Positions 49,673 to 58,072 of a stretch of DNA of 64,000 nt are shown here, in pieces. The position numbers and the translations under genes were made by a program. The stretch is from Promethearchaeota archaeon (GTDB lineage Archaea; Asgardarchaeota; Lokiarchaeia; Sigyniarchaeales; SOKP01). How positions within the stretch are numbered: position 1 is the stretch's first letter; every line of letters starts with the position of its first letter. Location: the NCBI GenBank assembly GCA_019057865.1, contig JAHLWP010000021.1, forward strand, positions 1 to 64,000, read 5' to 3'. The notes beneath the pieces are model-generated. The model had not been told where the DNA came from and ran no database searches. It was given only the letters and a program-made list of their open reading frames with translations.

Positions 49673-50788
49673 ATGCGAGTTTTAATATTAGGTGCTGGGA
49701 TTACTGGGTGCACATTGGCAAGACTGATGAAAGATAAGGATTATCTTGTTTCAATTAAGGAAAAACAAGATCATATTGGAGGATTATGTTATACAAAAAC
49801 AAATCCTAACGGAATTTTATATGAGCCCTATGGTGGACATGCATTTCACACTAAAGATAGTCGTATTAAAAAGTTTGTTCTTAATTTTTCAGAGTTTAAT
49901 AATTACATTCACAGAAAGGGGATTTTTATCAATGGTGTATTGTGGCATTTTCCTCTCAGTAAGAAGACTATTTTTGAGATGGAAAGGAGCGAAAAAATTC
50001 TTAAGGAATTAGAAGAACGACCAACTACTCCTGATTTAACTAATTTTGAAACATTAGCTATTTCTCAATTTGGAAATACTTTATATAGATTATTTATTTA
50101 TAATTACTCCAAGAAAATGTGGGGTGTAGAACCCAAAGAATTAACAACTGAATATATCCAAAATCGTATTACACTGAAAGACTCTAATACTCAGTTATTT
50201 GAAGATAATTTTCAAGGACTACCTGTTAAAGGATATACAAAATTCCTTAGAAATATGATACATGACATCCCCATTGAATTAAATACTAGTGAATTTGACG
50301 AGTCTTTGTATGATCTCATTTTATACTCAGGTCGAATAGATGAACTATTTAAATTTAAATTTGGAATTTTACAATTTAGGTCTTTACGATTTGACTATAA
50401 GGAAAATGATGTTTGGGAAAATGATAATTATGGTTCAATTAACCTCCCTCAACATGCGAAATATATACGAAAAGTAAATTTTAAAATTATGTATCAACAG
50501 AAAATAAATAAATCATGGATCCAATATCAAGAACCGATATCATTCAATAATAATATGCCAATGTATCCAATATATACTAAACAAAATATTGAATTATTTG
50601 ATAGATATCTTATTGAAGCTTGCAAGTCTAACAAAATTATTCCCGTTGGTCGTTTGGGATTATGCAAATATTTAGAAATGGGTCAAGCTATTTCTTTAGC
50701 AATGAATATGATTCTTTTAATAAAAAAATGGAAAAAATTAAGCCCTAAAAATAGATATCTTGAAATTAAGAAGCTATTAAATAATTAA
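49673..50788 (+). CDS. glf: UDP-galactopyranose mutase
   Basis: GAGITG FAD motif, IGGLC, YGGHAFHT, KKMWG, FQGLP..GYT, RSLRF, GRLG. Confidence 0.88.
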   Translation: MRVLILGAGITGCTLARLMKDKDYLVSIKEKQDHIGGLCYTKTNPNGILYEPYGGHAFHTKDSRIKKFVLNFSEFNNYIHRKGIFINGVLWHFPLSKKTIFEMERSEKILKELEERPTTPDLTNFETLAISQFGNTLYRLFIYNYSKKMWGVEPKELTTEYIQNRITLKDSNTQLFEDNFQGLPVKGYTKFLRNMIHDIPIELNTSEFDESLYDLILYSGRIDELFKFKFGILQFRSLRFDYKENDVWENDNYGSINLPQHAKYIRKVNFKIMYQQKINKSWIQYQEPISFNNNMPMYPIYTKQNIELFDRYLIEACKSNKIIPVGRLGLCKYLEMGQAISLAMNMILLIKKWKKLSPKNRYLEIKKLLNN

Positions 50789-50803
50789 TAAGTCTAATTC
50801 TAG

Positions 50804-51574
50804 CTATAATTGTTTCTTCCAATTAATATCTTTTGCTAAATTATAAAAAATGTCTTTTTTTGAATGGTATTGGACAACACGTCCTAAACTACGACGAGTG
50901 CTTAAATATCTTCCACTTGTTAACACTGAAATAAAATTTAGAGTTTTAATTTTACCCTTTTTCATAATTCTACTTAGATATATTAACGAATCTGAGAATA
51001 CCTTGTCAATTCCCATTAAATTTGGCGGTAGTTGCTTAAATCCACCAACTTTAAAAAATATATCTCTTCTAACAATTATATTACACCCTAAAAGTTCAGG
51101 ATATCCAAGTAAAGTTTTAAAAAAATACCATAAGTGCATACTAAAGTTAAGAAAAAAATAGATCGTTATAGTAAATATCTGGGAACCCAAATTAAATGTA
51201 ATGGCTCTTCCATCATAATATTTAACTCTGGCACTACAAGCAAAAAGATTTTTATGTTTCTCAAAGATTCTATAGACTTTTTGTAAGAAATATGGATCTA
51301 TTAACGTATCTGCATCTAAAAATACAAGTAAATCACCAGAAGTTTTAGGTACAACAAAATTTAATTGAGATGACTTTCCTCTTTTTGGTGATATATACAC
51401 TTCTGCAAATTCTTTTGCTAAAGAAACGGTTTTGTCAGAGCTTTGTCCATCAACTACAATAATTTCATAAGGAATGTTGCAATTTTGCCTTTTAACGGCT
51501 GTTAATGCTTTTATTATGTGTGTCTCTTCATTATAGGTGGGAATAATAACTGAAATTTTTGGTTTATAATTCAT
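50804..51574 (-). CDS. Glycosyltransferase family 2
   Basis: ISVIIPTYNEE, VVDGQSSDKT, FLDAD, VGGF, TSGR. Confidence 0.92.
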   Translation of the reverse strand: MNYKPKISVIIPTYNEETHIIKALTAVKRQNCNIPYEIIVVDGQSSDKTVSLAKEFAEVYISPKRGKSSQLNFVVPKTSGDLLVFLDADTLIDPYFLQKVYRIFEKHKNLFACSARVKYYDGRAITFNLGSQIFTITIYFFLNFSMHLWYFFKTLLGYPELLGCNIIVRRDIFFKVGGFKQLPPNLMGIDKVFSDSLIYLSRIMKKGKIKTLNFISVLTSGRYLSTRRSLGRVVQYHSKKDIFYNLAKDINWKKQL

Positions 51575-51685
51575 TTTAATTTTATCTATAACAATTGAGA
51601 ATAGAAAACCTATTTATTATTCTAAAATGATTTCATATTATTCTATAAAAATTTCAAAAGCATTAAAAAATTAATTGATTTTAGA

Positions 51686-52801
51686 ATGTCTAAAGCTTCC
51701 GGTAAAACGAAATTTTTTACTAAGGGATTCATAATTTCATTTATTTTTTTAATCTTAAGTTCTACAATTATCATTTTATTTATAATAAATAGAATTTTTT
51801 TTTCAATTTCATGGATTGATACAATTTATGATTATATAGCACCACTATTATCAAAAATTTTCTATAAATATAATATCTACGTCTATGGTGGAATTTTAAT
51901 CGCTTTTGTGTTTCTACTTCCATTATTTGTATTAGGATATAACCTAGCAAAAACGAGACAATTAACTGGGTCAATTTTGTATATTTTTAGTTTATTAGGA
52001 TTCGTAATGATTATTTTCATAGCATCTTATTATACCTATTTTAGTATCTTATTTAATCAAGATTTAACTCTAAATACCAGGTTATTGCTATTCTTACTTT
52101 TTTTACCAATTAATTTTACATTGAGTTTAATCTTGTTTCTTGTAAATATAGATTTCATCATTTTTTTTAAGGATTTGGTTAAAGCAAGGAAAATTTGGAA
52201 GCACAAAAGACCTAAATTTGAAATTGAAGTTAAAGGTAAAATAACTAATATCAATATAGAAACGGATGAATTTATTTTCACACCTGTACCAATGTTAATT
52301 ATTGCGAAATATCTTCAAACTAAAGGTTTTTCTGTATCGTGGTTTGTAAGAGGCGCTTTTAATCATTTAATATCTTTAGTTATTACATATTTGACAGGCT
52401 GGCCACGAGCTAGAAATGTATTATTTCGACTTACCGGAATGAAAATAGGTAAAAATTGTCATATTTCTCAAAAAGCAATACCTGATCCACTCTTACCAGA
52501 ATTAATTGAATTTGAAGATGGTAGTGGCTGTGGTATTGGTACAAAATTATTAACCCATAATGCAATGAATATAAAACATGGACGCTTCAGTTTTGGGCCT
52601 ATTAAAATTTGTAAAAATGCAAGAATAGGAGCATACTCACTTGTATTACCTGGAGTTACAATTGGTAAAGGATCGATTATTGGAGCACATTCAGTAGTAG
52701 CAGATGATATTCCACCATATTCTATCGCACATGGTTCACCAGCTAAAGTAGTACGGCGATTAACTGATGATGAAAAAAAGGAAGTAAATAAAAAATATTA
52801 G
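51686..52801 (+). CDS. Membrane-anchored acyltransferase: about 4 N-terminal TMs + left-handed beta-helix (hexapeptide) domain
   Basis: Hydrophobic N-half; GMKIGKNCHI, LLTH, ARIGAYSLVLPGVTIGKGSIIGAHSVVADDIP..SIAHGSPAKV. Confidence 0.85.
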   Translation: MSKASGKTKFFTKGFIISFIFLILSSTIIILFIINRIFFSISWIDTIYDYIAPLLSKIFYKYNIYVYGGILIAFVFLLPLFVLGYNLAKTRQLTGSILYIFSLLGFVMIIFIASYYTYFSILFNQDLTLNTRLLLFLLFLPINFTLSLILFLVNIDFIIFFKDLVKARKIWKHKRPKFEIEVKGKITNINIETDEFIFTPVPMLIIAKYLQTKGFSVSWFVRGAFNHLISLVITYLTGWPRARNVLFRLTGMKIGKNCHISQKAIPDPLLPELIEFEDGSGCGIGTKLLTHNAMNIKHGRFSFGPIKICKNARIGAYSLVLPGVTIGKGSIIGAHSVVADDIPPYSIAHGSPAKVVRRLTDDEKKEVNKKY

Positions 52802-52890
52802 ATCAAAATTATCTAATTAAAATTTTAAAAAAATCTCAAGAACAAACTTTTTTAAGTAAATAAAATAAATTATAGAATGGGTGAATTAGT

Positions 52891-54075
52891 ATGGCATCCG
52901 AAATAATGCTTAGTGATATAAGGACTGAAGTAGAAGCAACTTCTAATGATTGTAAACTATATAAACAAATCTGTGAAGAAAAAGAATATGATTTTGATCA
53001 GACAATTAAAGGATCAAATCTTGATGAAATACCTTATGTAAATTGGAATTATTTTAAAGAATCAAATAAAAAATTTCAGGAATTATTACGAATTCCTTAT
53101 AATGAATTATCATATTGGACAATTAGTTCATCTACATCCGGAGATCCAAGTCTAGTAGGAAGAGATGCTGAAGACATTGAAGTATTTAAAAATAATTATC
53201 GAAAAGTATTTGAAGAATATTCAAAAATGCGCTTAATTAAACGCTTAATTTTATTTGCGCCATCAATTGAATTTATGAATAAAATGCCAGGAAGCTGGTT
53301 AGGAAAACGAGGTTTTCTTTTTTATCGAGATATTGCAGATATTTGGAAAAATTATGAGATAGATTATTTATTGAAATTTAAAGTTTGGAAGGTTCTTCTC
53401 TACTTAATTAGTCATTTTAAGGCAAAAGCATTTATCGAAATAAATGGAAAATTGATGGTGAAAAGTCTTAAAGAGGTAGAACACCAGAAAACCCCTACAT
53501 TAATCGCTAATTCAGTCCCTCTAATGTATCAAAATTTTGTAGATTATTACAAGAAACATAAAAAAGGCTTTAATATGCCTGAAACTTTCAGAATTCAGCT
53601 TGGAGGTGGAGGATGGAACGGTATAAAAGGGAGAGTAAAACTTGAGCATAAAATAGATAAAGTGGACTTTATGGAAAAGATGTCTGGTTTTTTCAACATC
53701 CCATATGATAATATTACAGATAATTATGGTGCAACTGAAGTTCCAATTGCTTGTGGTGGTCATTGGAGTAAAAATTATGAGGATTTTCTATTTCATATTG
53801 ATAAAGATGAAGCTTATATAATCATCCGTGATATAGAAAATCTCGAAAGAATTAAAAAAACAAAAGAACCCGGTATAATAGAGGTATTAACCCCTTATGG
53901 TGTTAAATCCTATGCTGGTGTTGCTGTCATGCTTGATGATATAGTTGAAATAGTAGATTTTAACAAATGTGTTGAATGTGGTAGAGAAGGATTAGTATTT
54001 AGAATAACAGGAAGAATGACACCAGAAATTGGAAAAGGATGTAGTTCTTTTACGAATTTGTTCCCTTTTAAATAA
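52891..54075 (+). CDS. LuxE-like acyl-protein synthetase (ANL superfamily), paralogue 1
   Basis: SSSTSGDPS, GGGGWNG, DNYGATE, IIIRD..NLE, DDIV, CVECGREG..FRITGR....GKGCS terminal Cys. Confidence 0.8.
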   Translation: MASEIMLSDIRTEVEATSNDCKLYKQICEEKEYDFDQTIKGSNLDEIPYVNWNYFKESNKKFQELLRIPYNELSYWTISSSTSGDPSLVGRDAEDIEVFKNNYRKVFEEYSKMRLIKRLILFAPSIEFMNKMPGSWLGKRGFLFYRDIADIWKNYEIDYLLKFKVWKVLLYLISHFKAKAFIEINGKLMVKSLKEVEHQKTPTLIANSVPLMYQNFVDYYKKHKKGFNMPETFRIQLGGGGWNGIKGRVKLEHKIDKVDFMEKMSGFFNIPYDNITDNYGATEVPIACGGHWSKNYEDFLFHIDKDEAYIIIRDIENLERIKKTKEPGIIEVLTPYGVKSYAGVAVMLDDIVEIVDFNKCVECGREGLVFRITGRMTPEIGKGCSSFTNLFPFK

Positions 54076-54193
54076 AGGGCTTCTCATTTTTTGTCTAATA
54101 ATTAGTATAATAGCGCTATTTATTCTTTTTGATGATCATGGCTACATATGGACAAAAATTAGAGAAAAACCCTAATAAAAATAAGTGGAGAAA

Positions 54194-55495
54194 TTAGTGA
54201 AGCCAATCTATTATAGAAGAACAACTTCTACCTTGAGCATCCGTTAACCTTCCAATTACTCTAAATGTAGCACCTTCATAACCACATTCTGGACATTTCC
54301 TTTTTGAAATAAGCTCTACAATATCGTCAACTAGAACTGCTTGATTTATGCTACCATTTACACCATAAGGAGTAATTACTTCGAGTAAACCTTCCATACC
54401 ATCATTTACTGGTTCTAACTTATCTAGATCTCTTACTATAATCCTGGCAGTATCAGGGCAATGTAATAAGAAATCTTGGTATTTTTCAGACCAATGTCCT
54501 CCAAAGAGAGTCGGACCCTCTGTAAATGCATAAATATCTGCAATATCTTTCGATTTAATGTTAAAAACTTTTTCATAATTTTCAATAAATTTAACTTTTT
54601 CTACTGCGTCTAACTTTGCTTCACCCTTAACGCCATCCCATCCTCCACCACCGCAACCAACGAAAGCTTTTCCATCAAGATCAAAAAAAATGTTTTCTTT
54701 TAATAATCTTTTCTCAAACATATTATTCATTAAAAGTGGACTCCCACCAAATATAATTTTGCTCACTTCTATTCCTTTCCAATGTCCAGTTTTTAGAATT
54801 GTTTTAACCATTTTCAGCATTTTACTTACATCTAAAATAAAACCCCCTCTTATTGAAAGAGATGAAATTATTGCCCCAATTGTTTTTAAAATTTTTCCTT
54901 TTATCATATATTCCTCATGCCCATAATATTCCCATGGTTTATTCATACATGCTGTGAAGTAGCGTGTTTTTTTAACATGTTCAAATCCTTTAGCATTTTT
55001 TTTCGCCATAAATGACATCATTAAACGATTTGGTGCAAAATTAAAAACAAGACATCTTTTGGGACCAACTTTTAAGTCCTTCCATCTAAAAAACTCTGTA
55101 AAAACTTTAATTGAATTATATTGTATCTGGTCAAAATCCTCTACTGTTCGAGGAACTATTGAGGGATCTCCTGTTGTAGAAGACGAACATGAAAATAATA
55201 CAATTTTATCAATAGGTACTTTTAGAAGTTGTGAGGTTCGACCTTCTGATTTTTTATAAATGTCAGTAGGAGTATATGGGATTGTTTCCAAATTATCGAT
55301 TGTTAAATCCTCTGGAATTGTAAAATCGAACTTCTTACAAAAGTTTTCTTTGTAATAAGTACAATTATTATAGGATAACTTTATTTGATCTAGCAAATCT
55401 TTGCAAAATTTTTCATCTGGGTAAGGAGTTGGTTTAAAATCAAAATATTTTGTCTGTAATTCTTCAGGTAAATAATCATGTGCTTTAAATACCAA
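54194..55495 (-). CDS. LuxE-like acyl-protein synthetase (ANL superfamily), paralogue 2
   Basis: IPYTPTDIYK, SSSTTGDPS, GGGGWDG, DIYAFTE, IIVRD..KLE, DDIV, CPECGYEG.TFRVIGR....GRSCS. Confidence 0.82.
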   Translation of the reverse strand: MVFKAHDYLPEELQTKYFDFKPTPYPDEKFCKDLLDQIKLSYNNCTYYKENFCKKFDFTIPEDLTIDNLETIPYTPTDIYKKSEGRTSQLLKVPIDKIVLFSCSSSTTGDPSIVPRTVEDFDQIQYNSIKVFTEFFRWKDLKVGPKRCLVFNFAPNRLMMSFMAKKNAKGFEHVKKTRYFTACMNKPWEYYGHEEYMIKGKILKTIGAIISSLSIRGGFILDVSKMLKMVKTILKTGHWKGIEVSKIIFGGSPLLMNNMFEKRLLKENIFFDLDGKAFVGCGGGGWDGVKGEAKLDAVEKVKFIENYEKVFNIKSKDIADIYAFTEGPTLFGGHWSEKYQDFLLHCPDTARIIVRDLDKLEPVNDGMEGLLEVITPYGVNGSINQAVLVDDIVELISKRKCPECGYEGATFRVIGRLTDAQGRSCSSIIDWLH

Positions 55496-55597
55496 AAAAA
55501 TGACCTAATTTCGAAATTTTTTGTATTAATTTAAAGAATTACAGTCTAATAATTAAATCTTATCCGATATCTATATTAAAAAAAAGTAGAAAATAAA

Positions 55598-56950
55598 TTA
55601 TTTTGTAGATAAAGCTACTATTTCTGCTTCTTGTCTTTCAAATAACATTGGTGTTTTTTCCCAACTTAAATCTTTAGGAAGTTTAAATTGACGTAAAAAC
55701 ATATAAAGATGAATAAAGCCACTTATTGGAAAAAATAATAAAAGACTGTAATGTTTATCGCAATATTTTCGTATCGCATTGAATATAAATCCAAATTGAA
55801 AGATCAAGCAGAAAAGGCTCCAACTTAGTAAATAAAATTCTCCAATCATAAAATAAAATATTGCAAAACCAATTATAATAGGGATCCACGTATCCAAATT
55901 CGCTATAACCATCATTGTCATATTTCTGGAGATAATTAGTGATTTCCCATTCTTTTCTTCGCTTTTCATTTGCATTAATTTTGGCATATCAAAAATAAAT
56001 CCTGCAAGCCAGCGTGTTCGTTGTTTTACTAAAATCTCCCAAGTATTTGGCACATATTCATAAATTTTTGCCTTGGGCGAAAAGTAAATTTTTACACCAT
56101 CTAAATTTAAAAGCACAGAAAGATATAGATCTTCTGTCATTGAATCTTCATTAAAACCTTCATACTTCAATAAATATTTCGTCCGAACAGCAAAATTTCG
56201 CCCAAATGAATAAGCTGATGACCCTAATCTGTTTTTAATTTCAAATAATAATCCGCCTCCAGAAACAATAGAATAATCAAGAAAGATACCTTTAGTCAAT
56301 TTATTATCTTTCCAATTTTTAACTAAAACAGGACCTATAACTGCATTATACTTATCATCTTGAAATGGTGAGATTAAATGTTTTAATGTATCTGGTTGTA
56401 AAATACAACCTGCATCATAAAGGACAACAATATCATTTTTTACATATTTTAAGCCATAATTCAGGGCTGGAGGTTTTCCCTTTTTAGGAAGATCCTCTGA
56501 TAACACTTCTATATCTATTGTGTTATGCTCTTTTGCAAAATTTCTACAAAATTCTGATGTATCATCTGTTGATCCACTTGTAATTACAATTATTTGGATG
56601 TTTTCTTCAGGATAATTTGACTCAATAATCGATTTTAAAGTTCTTTCTAATAATATTTTTTCATTTTTACAAGCAATTAATATACTTATATTTGTATAGT
56701 AAGGTGTTTTGGTTCGATAACCTTTCCCAAATGACGCTAAGAAATGTATTCCATAAAAAATAACAAATCCTAACAACATTATTAGACCAATTAATGGAAA
56801 TATGAACCACCAGTAAGTTAAAGGGTTAAGAATGAATCTATCAATTGCTCTTTTTACTCCAGATGACCAGAAAGGTGGAAAATATATGTGTAGTAGCACA
56901 AAAACTATTACCCATACTGATCCATATAACAAATATCTTGAGATTTTCAT
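55598..56950 (-). CDS. Membrane GT2, cellulose/hyaluronan synthase-like (D,D,D,QxxRW type)
   Basis: GSTD, GKPPALNYG, YDAG, TEDL, KQRTRWLAG; N- and C-terminal TMs. Confidence 0.9.
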   Translation of the reverse strand: MKISRYLLYGSVWVIVFVLLHIYFPPFWSSGVKRAIDRFILNPLTYWWFIFPLIGLIMLLGFVIFYGIHFLASFGKGYRTKTPYYTNISILIACKNEKILLERTLKSIIESNYPEENIQIIVITSGSTDDTSEFCRNFAKEHNTIDIEVLSEDLPKKGKPPALNYGLKYVKNDIVVLYDAGCILQPDTLKHLISPFQDDKYNAVIGPVLVKNWKDNKLTKGIFLDYSIVSGGGLLFEIKNRLGSSAYSFGRNFAVRTKYLLKYEGFNEDSMTEDLYLSVLLNLDGVKIYFSPKAKIYEYVPNTWEILVKQRTRWLAGFIFDMPKLMQMKSEEKNGKSLIISRNMTMMVIANLDTWIPIIIGFAIFYFMIGEFYLLSWSLFCLIFQFGFIFNAIRKYCDKHYSLLLFFPISGFIHLYMFLRQFKLPKDLSWEKTPMLFERQEAEIVALSTK

Positions 56951-56954
56951 TTTT

Positions 56955-57890
56955 TCATTCTCCTTTATTTTTATCCATTTTTTTTAAATTTTTCCAAATA
57001 TAATTAGCAAAAAGAATCACTGAAAGGGTCATAATAGCTAAAAGACTGATTTGATAAGTCAACATTGACCAAGTTATTATCCACTCGTGCGATGCAGACC
57101 ATATTGCTGTAGCATCGGGATTGATCAAATGTGTTATCAATACCACAAGACTAGAAGTACCATAGAGTGCAAAAAATGTAGTGATTAATAAGATTCGCGT
57201 TATTCTCTCACCAACAAACGGTTTTGTTTCATGTAAACCTAAACCTTCATGTCTTGCTCTCATATACTCATAAATAAATATCAGTAAGATATTGGTCCAA
57301 ACCATCCATGCAAAATCGAATCCATTCGATAAAACCACTAAATTAGTAGGAACTAAACATACCAACATTAATGTATCGCTTACTCTATCAATCACATTAT
57401 CTAACCAAGCACCACTTTTAGATTTTATATGCAATAACCTTGCTATTGCTCCATCAATCCCATCAATAACTCCTGTAAATAGTACTAAAGCAGCAAGAGC
57501 AAAAAACCAAGAGCCATAGCCTAGTTGGTCAGAAAATAAATCTAATGTGTGACCCTTACTAGCCATTATAACACCATAAAAGATGAGAAATGATAAAATT
57601 AAATTCATAAAAGATACCAAATTTGGAGTTAAGCCCCATCTTATAAAGATTTTTGCTCCGTGATATGTTGCAGGCATATAAAGTTTACCAGCGGGATCCT
57701 TTTTCATTTGTGCAAATTGTTCTTCTAACTTATGAGCTTGTCCATGATCATTAAGCCAATCTTTTATGAATTCATCCAAACTCATAAAATCTTGTTTTGG
57801 TTTTTTATTAAAGAGTCCACTAATGAAAATAATTAAAAGAATCCCTAGTAAAACTAGCGGAAATACTATCTCAAATATTAGATTTGTCAT
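56955..57890 (-). CDS. CDP-alcohol phosphatidyltransferase
   Basis: TPNLVS; DGIDGAIARLLHIKSKSGAWLDNVIDRVSD (DxxDGxxAR...GxxxDxxxD); YMRAR; extra N-terminal TM. Confidence 0.92.
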   Translation of the reverse strand: MTNLIFEIVFPLVLLGILLIIFISGLFNKKPKQDFMSLDEFIKDWLNDHGQAHKLEEQFAQMKKDPAGKLYMPATYHGAKIFIRWGLTPNLVSFMNLILSFLIFYGVIMASKGHTLDLFSDQLGYGSWFFALAALVLFTGVIDGIDGAIARLLHIKSKSGAWLDNVIDRVSDTLMLVCLVPTNLVVLSNGFDFAWMVWTNILLIFIYEYMRARHEGLGLHETKPFVGERITRILLITTFFALYGTSSLVVLITHLINPDATAIWSASHEWIITWSMLTYQISLLAIMTLSVILFANYIWKNLKKMDKNKGE

Positions 57891-58072
57891 AATTTTCGCC
57901 TAACTTAATTTTATTCTTTATTGTTCCTATAAATTTGAAATTGGTAATTTAATATAGAGTACAATATATTATTTAAATTTAGTGTTGAATTTATTATATG
58001 ATTAAATGAAAATTTATTATATTCAACTTGTATTTATAATATTAATACTATTGTCTAGGTAGAATAAATATT

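Noticed and set aside
52891-55495. Bioluminescence (lux) operon
   Set aside because: No luxA/B, luxC or luxD homologues in the window.
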